Shown here piece by piece: positions 28,739 through 36,781 of a stretch of 64,000 nucleotides of DNA. The stretch spans positions 42,775 to 106,774 of the forward strand of contig JAVKHO010000010.1 in NCBI GenBank assembly GCA_031459915.1, in the 5' to 3' direction. The DNA comes from Candidatus Tepidifontimicrobium thermophilum. GTDB lineage: Bacteria; Sysuimicrobiota; Sysuimicrobiia; Sysuimicrobiales; Sysuimicrobiaceae. Position numbers and translations under genes: made by a program. Within the stretch, counting starts at the first letter, position 1. Each line of letters starts with the position of its first letter. The notes under the pieces were generated by a model, which saw only the letters and a program-made list of their open reading frames with translations, did not search any database and was not told the DNA's origin.

Positions 28739-30343
28739 TCACGGGGCGCCCACCGGCTGGGCGCGCAGGGCTTCCCGCAGCCGGTACCGCTGCAGCTTGC
28801 CCGTGGTGGTCCTCGGCAGCTCCGTGGCGAAGTGCACCCACCGGGGGCACTTGTAGGAGGGCAGCTGCTGGCGCACGAAGTTCTTCAGTTCCTCCTCCAG
28901 GCCCGGGCCGGGCTGGTAGCCCTCCCGCAGGACCACGAAGGCCGCGGGCTTTTCCAGGCCCGCTTCGTCGAAAGCTCCCACCACCGCGGCCTCGCGCACC
29001 GCGGGGTGCTGCAGCAGGACCCCTTCCACCTCGAGGGGGGAGACCCACAGGCCCGAGGGCTTCAGCAGGTCGTCCGCACGCCCCACGTACCAGTAGAAGC
29101 CGTCCTCGTCCTGGTAGAAGAGGTCGCCGGTGTTGAACCACTCGCCCGCCAGGCACGCCTGCGTGCGGTGGTGGTCGTTCCAGTAGCCCGCGAAGATCCC
29201 GTCGTTCTTCACCCACAGGACGCCGACCTCACCCGCCCTTACGGGCCGGCCCTCCTCGCCCACCAGCCGGGCTTCGAACCCCTCCAGGATCTTCCCGCTG
29301 GAGCCTGGGCGCAGGCAGTCGGGCCGGTTCGAGAGGTAGATGGCTCCGACCTCCGTGGATCCCACGCCGTCGAAGATCGCCAGCCCGAACCGCTCCCGCC
29401 ACCGTTCGAACACCGCCCGGGGCAGCGCCTCGCCGGCGGAGATGCAGCAGCGCAGGAACGAGAGCCGTACCGACCGGCCCGTGCGGTGCAGGTAGTCCAG
29501 CAGAGCGGCGTAGAAGGTCGGCACGCTGTAGAAGACCGTGGGCCGGTGCTCCTCCAGGAGGTCCAGAACGGCGCCCGGCTCGGGGCGGTCCGGGGACAGG
29601 ATCACCTGTGCGCCGTACAGGAACGGGCCGTCCAGGGAGTTGTTGCGGCCGTAGGAGAAGAACAGCTTGGAGGTGGAGAACACCTTGTCCTGCGGTCCCA
29701 GGCCCACCACCTGCTGGCAGTGAGGCGGGATGAAGTGCAGCAGGTCGTGGTGCAGGTGCACCACCGCCTTCGGCCGGCCCGTGGTCCCCGAGCTGTACAT
29801 CCAGAAGGCCATGTCGTCGGGGCTGGTGGGTGCCGGCTCAGGCACCCGGGCCGGCGGTGCCAGAAGGTCCTCGTACGCGGCCGCCCCCTCCAGGCGGGGC
29901 GCGGGGAAGTGCCGGTCCAGGGGCTCGTCGGAATCGGGCTGCACCACCACCAGGTGGCGCAGCCACATCAGCCGGTCCGCGACCTCCCGGATGCGGGGCA
30001 GGACGGTGCCGTGGACCACCAGGACCTTGGCCCGGCTGTGGTTGAGGTAGTAGACGTAGTCGTCCGGCCGGGCGTACGTGTTCACCAGCACGGGTACTGC
30101 GCCCACCCGCAGGGTGCCGAAGTAGGTGGCGAGGAACGCGGGGCAGTCAGCTAGACACACCACGACCCGGTTCTCCGGCTCCACCCCAAGCCGGGTCAGG
30201 GCGGCGGCCACCGAGTGCGCCTGTCTTTGGAGATCCGCGTACGTGACCGCAGAATCACCGTAGTGTACCGCCACCCGGTCCCCGCGTCCCTCGTCCACGT
30301 GGCGGTCCAGCAGGTGGGTCGCCAGGTTGAAGCTTCCGTCCAC
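28739..30343 (-). CDS. benzoate-CoA ligase family protein
   Basis: AFWMYSSGTTGRPKAVVHLH, KLFFSYG, DGVGSTE and WVSPLEVE motifs of the BclA/BadA family; start GTG 30343 inferred. Confidence 0.85.
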   Translation of the reverse strand: MDGSFNLATHLLDRHVDEGRGDRVAVHYGDSAVTYADLQRQAHSVAAALTRLGVEPENRVVVCLADCPAFLATYFGTLRVGAVPVLVNTYARPDDYVYYLNHSRAKVLVVHGTVLPRIREVADRLMWLRHLVVVQPDSDEPLDRHFPAPRLEGAAAYEDLLAPPARVPEPAPTSPDDMAFWMYSSGTTGRPKAVVHLHHDLLHFIPPHCQQVVGLGPQDKVFSTSKLFFSYGRNNSLDGPFLYGAQVILSPDRPEPGAVLDLLEEHRPTVFYSVPTFYAALLDYLHRTGRSVRLSFLRCCISAGEALPRAVFERWRERFGLAIFDGVGSTEVGAIYLSNRPDCLRPGSSGKILEGFEARLVGEEGRPVRAGEVGVLWVKNDGIFAGYWNDHHRTQACLAGEWFNTGDLFYQDEDGFYWYVGRADDLLKPSGLWVSPLEVEGVLLQHPAVREAAVVGAFDEAGLEKPAAFVVLREGYQPGPGLEEELKNFVRQQLPSYKCPRWVHFATELPRTTTGKLQRYRLREALRAQPVGAP

Positions 30344-30363
30344 CGCCCCTATGGCACAGTCCG

Positions 30364-30482
30364 TTGACCGGCCAGTCAATGCGCCGGCTGCACCGCAAGA
30401 TCTCCTGCAGGTGGCTCAGACGGCTTGCGCCTGTCTTGACCGGTCGGTTAATATGCTCTTGCGGGTTTGACCGACCGGTTAA
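30364..30482. promoter_or_regulatory. divergent promoter region with three operator copies (30364-30379, 30436-30451, 30467-30482) and a possible TTGCGC-N18-TAATAT promoter
   Basis: TTGACCGGCCAGTCAA, TTGACCGGTCGGTTAA and TTGACCGACCGGTTAA read directly. Confidence 0.8.
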
Positions 30483-30496
30483 ATCGGAGGTGGGGG

Positions 30497-31429
30497 ATGG
30501 CGGCAGCCACTGATTCGGCCCTGCTGCAGCGCATCCAGGAAGGCCGGCTGGTGGAGGGTCCCGAGCACGCCACGGAGCGCTACCTGGAGGGCCTCAAGCG
30601 TACCCTGGTGGTCTCCGCGGACACCGAGCTCATCAGCGCTCCCGCGTACCTGCGGGCCGCCCGGCATGCGCCCTCCCTGAACGCGTACGTGTCAGCCCTG
30701 GGGATCATCCAGGACGAGCTGGGCCACGCCCACATCGCCTACCGCCTCCTGGAGGACCTGGGGGTGGATACCGAGGCCCTCGTGTACGAACGCGACCCCA
30801 AGGACTTCAAGTACCCCTACGCCTTCGACGTGCCCTTAGACACCTGGACGGAGCTGGTGGTGGCGAACGCTTTTTACGACCGCGCGGGCTTCGTGCTGCT
30901 GGGGGACATCTTCCGCCACACCAGCTACGGGCCGTGGAAGCGGGCCCTGGTGAAGGTGGACCGGGAGGAGAACTTCCACCTGCGCCACGGGGAGCGGTGG
31001 ATGGAGATCCTGGCCTCCGACCCGTCCACGAAGGCGGAGCTGCAGCGGGCGGTGGACTGGATGTTCGTCATGACGTTGGAGTGGTTCGGGTTGCCGGACC
31101 ACCTGAAGCGGCACACGGAGCAGATCGAGTACGGCCTGAAGGGCTCCACCAACGACCAGCTCCGTCAGCAGTGGATGTCGACCGCGGTCCCCCTGTGTGA
31201 GCGGCTGGGTCTGAGAGTCCCCGCCCACTACGACCCCGACCGCGGGGAGTACGTGATCGACTGCCCGTTCCCAGCGGAGTTCGACGAACAGTCCAAGCGG
31301 TGGCGCTTCGAGGACGGCCCGGTGTCCTGGGACGCGGTGCTGGCGCGCTGGCGGCGCCGCGGCCCGGCCAACGGGGAGTTCGTGGAGCAGCTACAGCGGG
31401 GCTGGCGCCAGCTGCGGGCTGTGGCGTAG
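30497..31429 (+). CDS. PaaA-like ferritin-fold di-iron aryl-CoA epoxidase catalytic subunit
   Basis: ADTE..QDELGH..FYDRAG..REENFH gives a complete di-iron ligand pattern; YGPW and LEWFG motifs as in PaaA. Confidence 0.82.
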   Translation: MAAATDSALLQRIQEGRLVEGPEHATERYLEGLKRTLVVSADTELISAPAYLRAARHAPSLNAYVSALGIIQDELGHAHIAYRLLEDLGVDTEALVYERDPKDFKYPYAFDVPLDTWTELVVANAFYDRAGFVLLGDIFRHTSYGPWKRALVKVDREENFHLRHGERWMEILASDPSTKAELQRAVDWMFVMTLEWFGLPDHLKRHTEQIEYGLKGSTNDQLRQQWMSTAVPLCERLGLRVPAHYDPDRGEYVIDCPFPAEFDEQSKRWRFEDGPVSWDAVLARWRRRGPANGEFVEQLQRGWRQLRAVA

Positions 31430-31448
31430 AGCCCAGCGGGGGTGTGGG

Positions 31449-31754
31449 GTGCCCACGGCAGAGCAGGTCCGCCAGGTCCTCCGCAGCGTCCTGGACCCGG
31501 AGTACCCGGTGAGCGTGGTGGACCTGGGCCTCGTCCGCGGGGTGGAGGTGCAGGGCGGCGTGGTGCGGGTCCGCCTGACCTTCACGTCCCTGGGCTGCCC
31601 CTGCGTGGAGCTGATCCAGGAGGACGTTCGCCGCGCGGTGCTGCAGCTGGACGGGGTGGAGGACGTGGTGGTGGAGCAGGTGTTCGAGCCATGGTCCCGA
31701 CAGCACATCTCCCCGGAGGGGCTGCGGCGGCTTCGGGAAGTGGGGGTGGTGTAG
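31449..31754 (+). CDS. PaaD-like DUF59 / metal-sulfur cluster assembly protein
   Basis: VLDPEYPVSVVDLGLV..LTFTSLGCP motif. Confidence 0.85.
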   Translation: MPTAEQVRQVLRSVLDPEYPVSVVDLGLVRGVEVQGGVVRVRLTFTSLGCPCVELIQEDVRRAVLQLDGVEDVVVEQVFEPWSRQHISPEGLRRLREVGVV

Positions 31755-31951
31755 TGGCGGACGCACCCGTCGCGGTGTACGAGGTGTTCGCGCGCCACGG
31801 GAACGAGCCGGTCCGGCACGTGGGCAGCGTGCGGGCCACCAGCCCGCAGGAGGCCGGCGTGTTCGCGTACACCCTGTACGACGAGCGGGGCTGGTCGGAG
31901 CTGTTCGTGGTCAGGCGGGACCGCTTGGTGCGGGTGGTGGAGCCGCGGTGA
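31754..31951 (+). CDS. PaaB-like small subunit
   Basis: YEVFAR..RHVGSVRA..A..Y..ELFVV pattern of PaaB; GTG overlaps the upstream stop. Confidence 0.75.
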   Translation: MADAPVAVYEVFARHGNEPVRHVGSVRATSPQEAGVFAYTLYDERGWSELFVVRRDRLVRVVEPR

Positions 31952-32163
31952 GCCGCTACTGGGTATTCGGCCGCAGGCGCTACGCGGATCCCCTGGAGCA
32001 GCAAGGGGTGTTGGAAGCGCCGGACGAGGACTCGGCCCGGCAGGAAGCCCACAGCCGGTTCCCCGGGGAGTGGGTGGAGCTGGTGCTGGTCCCCGAGAGC
32101 GAAGTGCACTGGGTGCTGGGCCCCACAAGGGAGGCGCAGGGTGTCGCAGGACAGGTGGACTGA
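31948..32163 (+). CDS. second, divergent PaaB-like small protein
   Basis: YWVFGR..PLEQQGVLEAPD..A..WVELVLVP parallels the PaaB pattern; translationally coupled. Confidence 0.5.
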   Translation: MSRYWVFGRRRYADPLEQQGVLEAPDEDSARQEAHSRFPGEWVELVLVPESEVHWVLGPTREAQGVAGQVD

Positions 32164-32830
32164 GAGCGGGCCGGTGGCCGAAGCCCTGGGGACCTTTGTC
32201 GCCGCGGTGGCGGACGCCAAGTTCTTCCTCGGGCGGCGCGTGGCGGAGTGGTCCGTGGGCGCGCCGGAGCTCGAAAGCGCGGTGGCGTGCGCCGCGGTGG
32301 CGCAGGAGGAGTTAGGACACGCGCGCGTGCTGTACCCCCTGCTGGCAGACCTGCCGCTGCGGACTCCCCTGGCACCCCTGGAGCGGGAGGACGGTCGGGC
32401 GGTGGTGTTCTGTCCGGAGTTCCTCCGGCAGCCCTGGCGGAGCTGGCTGGAGGCGGTGGTGGGCCTGGCGCTGGTGGACACCGCCCTCACCGTGGCGCTG
32501 CAGGCCGCAACTTCCTCCGCGCACGAGGAGCTGGCCCGCAGGGCCTGCCGCATCGTGGAGGAGGAGCGCTTCCACACGGTGTTCGCGTGGGGTCGGGTCC
32601 GGGCGCTGGTCTCGCGGCTTCCCGCGGACGCCGGGGAGTCGTTGATCGCCACGCGGCTCGCTCAGGTGCTGCGGTGGCTTTCGGACGCCACCGCGGGGCT
32701 GGGAGTGCTGCGGGCGGCAGGCGTGGTGGACGCGACAGGTGACGCGGTGCGGGAACGGTACCTCACGCAGGTCCGCGCGCAGCTGGAGGGGTTGGAGGTC
32801 CAAATTCCCGAGCCGGTGGCGGCGGGTTAG
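32141..32830 (+). CDS. PaaC-like ferritin-fold subunit
   Basis: LGRRVAEW..GAPELE..QEELGH..EEERFH. Confidence 0.78.
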   Translation: MSQDRWTESGPVAEALGTFVAAVADAKFFLGRRVAEWSVGAPELESAVACAAVAQEELGHARVLYPLLADLPLRTPLAPLEREDGRAVVFCPEFLRQPWRSWLEAVVGLALVDTALTVALQAATSSAHEELARRACRIVEEERFHTVFAWGRVRALVSRLPADAGESLIATRLAQVLRWLSDATAGLGVLRAAGVVDATGDAVRERYLTQVRAQLEGLEVQIPEPVAAG

Positions 32831-32846
32831 GCGCACGGGGCGCGGC

Positions 32847-33041
32847 GTGGCGCAGCGGACGGACCAGCCGGCTTCGCCTGGGTCAGACGAAAGGCCCGGG
32901 GATCTGGGCGGGCAGGTCCGCTGCCCGTGGTGCGGCTCGGAGGAGGTGGAGCGGTTGGCGGAGTTCGGGCCCCAGCTGCTGACCCACGCGTACCGGTGCC
33001 GCCGGTGCCGCAGCCCGTTCGAGGTGATCCGTCGGTCCTAG
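32847..33041 (+). CDS. stand-alone PaaD-type zinc-ribbon protein
   Basis: CPWCGS..EFG..YRCRRCRSPFE matches the PaaD C-terminal domain; start uncertain. Confidence 0.72.
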   Translation: MAQRTDQPASPGSDERPGDLGGQVRCPWCGSEEVERLAEFGPQLLTHAYRCRRCRSPFEVIRRS

Positions 33042-33068
33042 ACGCGAAGGTCCGCAGGAGGTGCTGCC

Positions 33069-34520
33069 ATGGGCAGGATGCTGGTGGCCGGGGAGTGGGT
33101 AGACAGCCAGTCCAGGGCCGAGATGCCAGTCACCAACCCCGCCACGGAAGAGGTGGTGGACACCGTCCCGCAGGCGACGCGGGAGGACGTGGATCGCGCG
33201 GTGGCCGCGGCCAAGGCGGCGTTTGCGGACTGGTCACGCACCGACCCCGAACAGCGCGCACATCTCCTCCGCAAAGGCGCAGAGCGCGTGCGGGCCTGTC
33301 AGGAAGAGGTGGCCGACCTGCTGACCCGCGAGCAGGGCAAGCCCACCCACGAGGCCCTGGCGGAGCTCAACCACCTGCTGCACGGTCTGGAGTACTACGC
33401 GGATCTCGCCAGCAAGCTGCGGGGTAGCTACGTACCGCTCCCGTCGCACCTGGGCAGCTCCTTCGGGCTGGTGGTCCGCCGCCCCCTGGGGGTGGTGGCG
33501 GCCATCGTGCCGTGGAACTACCCCCTCACCCTCATGGGCACCAAGATCGGGCCTGCCCTCATCGCGGGCAACACCGTGGTGGTCAAGCCTGCCAGCACCA
33601 CGCCTCTCGCGGCCACCCGGGTGGTGGGCCTGCTTCAGGAGGCGGGCCTGCCTCCGGGCGTGCTGAATGTGGTCACGGGTCCCGGTCGGGTGGTCGGCGA
33701 GTACCTGGTGGCGCACCCCGACGTGGTCCGGGTGGCGTTTACCGGGGAGACGGCCACCGGCCGGCGCGTTATGGAGATCGCGGGCCCGGCCTTCAAGAGG
33801 GTCACCCTCGAGCTGGGCGGCTCGGACCCGGTCATCGTGTGCTCGGACGCGGACCTGGACGCCGCGGTCCGGGGGGTGCTGGTGGGTCGGTACTGGAACT
33901 GCGGTCAGAGCTGTCTTGCGGCCAAGCGGGTGTACGTGTTCGAGGACGTGTACGACGCGTTCCTGGACAAGCTGCTGGAAGGGGTGAGCCGGTACGAGCC
34001 CGGGGAGGGCTGGGTGAAAGCGCAGCGGCCCAAGATCCGCCTCGGTCCGCTGCACACGGCCCGGCAGCGGGCGGAGGTCCTGGAGCAGATGCAGGACGCG
34101 CTGGCCCGAGGCGCGCGGGCGGTGGCGGGAGGCCGGATCCCGCAGGGCCGGGAGCGCGGCCACTTCCTGGAGCCCACGGTGCTGGTGGACGTGCCCCACG
34201 ACTCCCGCGTGGTGCAGGAGGAGGTGTTCGGACCGGTGCTGCCGGTTTTCCGCGTCCGGGACATCGACGAGGCCATCCGGCTGGCCAACGACTCCCCGTA
34301 CGGCCTGGGTTCCTCCATCTGGACCTTCAACGTGCGGTGGATCCACAAGGCCATCCACGAGCTGCAGGCGGGGATGACGTGGGTGAACCAGGTGCACTAC
34401 GGCTACGACGAGCTTCCCTTCGGCGGGACCAAGCAGAGCGGGTTCGGAAAGGAACACGGGGTGGAGGCGGTGGACTACTACGTGGAGCTCAAGTCCGTGG
34501 TGGTGGGCGGCCTGCAGTAG
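33069..34520 (+). CDS. aldehyde dehydrogenase
   Basis: PWNYP, FTGET, LELGG, NCGQSC and EEVFGP motifs. Confidence 0.93.
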   Translation: MGRMLVAGEWVDSQSRAEMPVTNPATEEVVDTVPQATREDVDRAVAAAKAAFADWSRTDPEQRAHLLRKGAERVRACQEEVADLLTREQGKPTHEALAELNHLLHGLEYYADLASKLRGSYVPLPSHLGSSFGLVVRRPLGVVAAIVPWNYPLTLMGTKIGPALIAGNTVVVKPASTTPLAATRVVGLLQEAGLPPGVLNVVTGPGRVVGEYLVAHPDVVRVAFTGETATGRRVMEIAGPAFKRVTLELGGSDPVIVCSDADLDAAVRGVLVGRYWNCGQSCLAAKRVYVFEDVYDAFLDKLLEGVSRYEPGEGWVKAQRPKIRLGPLHTARQRAEVLEQMQDALARGARAVAGGRIPQGRERGHFLEPTVLVDVPHDSRVVQEEVFGPVLPVFRVRDIDEAIRLANDSPYGLGSSIWTFNVRWIHKAIHELQAGMTWVNQVHYGYDELPFGGTKQSGFGKEHGVEAVDYYVELKSVVVGGLQ

Positions 34521-34549
34521 CCGCGACCCCGACCCTGAGGAGGGAGGCC

Positions 34550-35323
34550 ATGGCGGTGGAGTTCTCGCGGGAGGGCGGCCTGGGCTACGTCACCCTGAAC
34601 CGGCCGCCCGCCAACAGCTACGACTTCGCGTTCATCGAGGAGCTGGACCGGGCAATCCAGCAGGCGGAGGCGGACCCGGAGGTCCGGGTGGTGGTGGTCC
34701 GCAGCGCCCTGGAGCGGTTCTTCTCCGCGGGCGCGGACGTGCGGGCCTTCTCGGAAAACCCGCCCGACCGCAACATGGAGCTGGTGCGCTACGCCCACCG
34801 GGTCCTGGGGCGCATCGCGCAGGTCCCCAAGGTGTTCATCGCGCAGATCGGCGGCCACGCCCTGGGCGGGGGGCTGGAGATCGCCCTGGCGTGCGACCTG
34901 CGGTTCGGCGCCCGGGGCGACTACCGGGTCGGGCTGCCGGAGGTGACTTTGGGCCTGCTGCCGGGCAACGGCGGCACGCAGCGGCTCCCGCGGCTTGTGG
35001 GCTGGAGCCGGGCTCTGGACCTGATGGTGACCGGCCGGACCCTGACCGCCGAGGAGGCTCACGCGTACGGGATCCTGGACCGGCTGGTCCCCGCAGAACG
35101 CCTGGCGGAGGAGACGGCTGAGTACGCCCGGAAGCTGGCCTCCGGGGCCGTGCGGGCCGTGGGCGCCATCAAGCTGGCGGTGCGGCTGGGAGTGGACCGG
35201 CCGCTGGAGGACGGACTGCGGCTGGAGCGGGAGCTGGTGGACGGGCTGTTCCGCAGCGAGGATGCCCAGGAGGGGATCCGGGCGTTTCTGGAAAAGCGCG
35301 CCCCGCTTTTCCGGGGTTTGTGA
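34550..35323 (+). CDS. enoyl-CoA hydratase/isomerase family protein
   Basis: NRPPAN, FSAGAD, GGGLE and GLPEVTLGLLPGNGGTQRL motifs. Confidence 0.9.
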   Translation: MAVEFSREGGLGYVTLNRPPANSYDFAFIEELDRAIQQAEADPEVRVVVVRSALERFFSAGADVRAFSENPPDRNMELVRYAHRVLGRIAQVPKVFIAQIGGHALGGGLEIALACDLRFGARGDYRVGLPEVTLGLLPGNGGTQRLPRLVGWSRALDLMVTGRTLTAEEAHAYGILDRLVPAERLAEETAEYARKLASGAVRAVGAIKLAVRLGVDRPLEDGLRLERELVDGLFRSEDAQEGIRAFLEKRAPLFRGL

Positions 35324-35336
35324 GGGGAGGACGGCC

Positions 35337-36776
35337 GTGGCGGAGATGTTCGTCGGCGGTGAGTTCATCCGCACCGGACGGGAGCGGTTTCCCGTGGTCA
35401 ACCCCGCCACGGAAGAGGTGCTGGACACCGTCCCGCTGGCAGGCCCCGAGGAGGTGGACCTGGCGGTCCGCAGCGCCCACCAGGCCTTCCAGAGCTGGTC
35501 CGCTGTGCCCGCGGCACGCCGGGGTGACCTGCTGCTCCGGGCTGCCCACCACGTGCACGACCACCTGGAGGAGCTGGCCCGTACCCTCACCCTGGAGCAG
35601 GGCAAGCCGCTGCGGGAGGCCCGGCTGGAGATCCGCCGGTTCGTGGAGACCCTGGTGCACTACGCGGGGCTGGGCCGCAACCTGAGGGGCGGGTACGTCC
35701 CGAATTTGGACGAGGGAGCGTACGGGTTGGTGCTCAAGCGCCCCCTGGGGGTGGTGGCGGCCATCGTCCCGTGGAACTTCCCCACCACCCTGCTGGGCAA
35801 CAAGCTCGGGCCGGCGCTGGTGGCGGGCAACACGGTGGTCGCCAAGCCCGCGGAGACCACGCCGCTTGCCACCCTGCGGATCGCGCAGCTGCTGCACGAG
35901 GCGGGCCTGCCTGCGGGCGTGTTCAACGTGGTGACCGGCACCGGCCCGGAGGCGGGTGAGGCCCTGGTCCGCCACCCCCTGGTACGGAAGGTGGCGTTTA
36001 CCGGCTCCACCCAGGTGGGCAAGCGCATCATGGCCCTGGCGGCGGAGGGGGTCAAGCGGGTGACCCTGGAGCTGGGCGGGTCCGACCCCATGATCGTGTG
36101 CGACGACGCGGACCTGGACGAGGCGGCCAGCGCGGCCAGCGTGGGCCGGTTCTTCAACTGCGGGCAGGCGTGCGTGGCCGTGAAGCGCCTGTTTGTCTTC
36201 GAGTCCGTGGCCGAACCGTTCGTGGAGAAACTGCTGGGGAAGGTGCGGCGGCTGCGGGTGGGCCCTGGCCTGGAAGACGGCGTGCACATGGGGCCCCTGC
36301 ACACCCAGCGTCAGAGGGAGCGCATCGAGGAACAGGTGCAGGACGCCCTGGACCGGGGCGCCCGGTTGCTCGTAGGCGGCCGGAGGCCGGAGGACCCGCG
36401 GCTGCAGAAGGGCTTCTTCTACGAGCCCACCGTCCTCCTGGACCCCGACCCCCAGTCCCGGGTGGCCCAGGAGGAGGTGTTCGGACCCGTGCTGCCCGTC
36501 TGGCGCGTGGCCGACCTGGAGGAAGCCATCCAGCGCGCCAACAGCTCCCCCTACGGCCTGGGTTCGTCCATCTGGACCCGCAGCCTGGAGCGGGCGTCCG
36601 TGGCCGCGGAGCGGCTGGAGGCCGGCTACACCTGGGTGAACTCCGTCAACCGGATCTACGACGAGCTGCCCTTCGGCGGGACCAAACAGAGCGGCTTCGG
36701 GAAGGAACACGGGCTGGAAGCGCTAGACTATTACATGGAAACCAAGTCCGTGGTGGTACGGGCGCTCGGGGGGTAA
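35337..36776 (+). CDS. aldehyde dehydrogenase (paralogue of 33069..34520)
   Basis: PWNFP, FTGST, LELGG, NCGQAC and EEVFGP motifs. Confidence 0.93.
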   Translation: MAEMFVGGEFIRTGRERFPVVNPATEEVLDTVPLAGPEEVDLAVRSAHQAFQSWSAVPAARRGDLLLRAAHHVHDHLEELARTLTLEQGKPLREARLEIRRFVETLVHYAGLGRNLRGGYVPNLDEGAYGLVLKRPLGVVAAIVPWNFPTTLLGNKLGPALVAGNTVVAKPAETTPLATLRIAQLLHEAGLPAGVFNVVTGTGPEAGEALVRHPLVRKVAFTGSTQVGKRIMALAAEGVKRVTLELGGSDPMIVCDDADLDEAASAASVGRFFNCGQACVAVKRLFVFESVAEPFVEKLLGKVRRLRVGPGLEDGVHMGPLHTQRQRERIEEQVQDALDRGARLLVGGRRPEDPRLQKGFFYEPTVLLDPDPQSRVAQEEVFGPVLPVWRVADLEEAIQRANSSPYGLGSSIWTRSLERASVAAERLEAGYTWVNSVNRIYDELPFGGTKQSGFGKEHGLEALDYYMETKSVVVRALGG

Positions 36777-36781
36777 CCGGG

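Noticed and set aside
30467..30496. Longer N-termini for the paaA-like gene (30467) and the ligase (30379)
   Set aside because: Those TTG starts fall inside the operator palindromes; downstream starts have better RBSs
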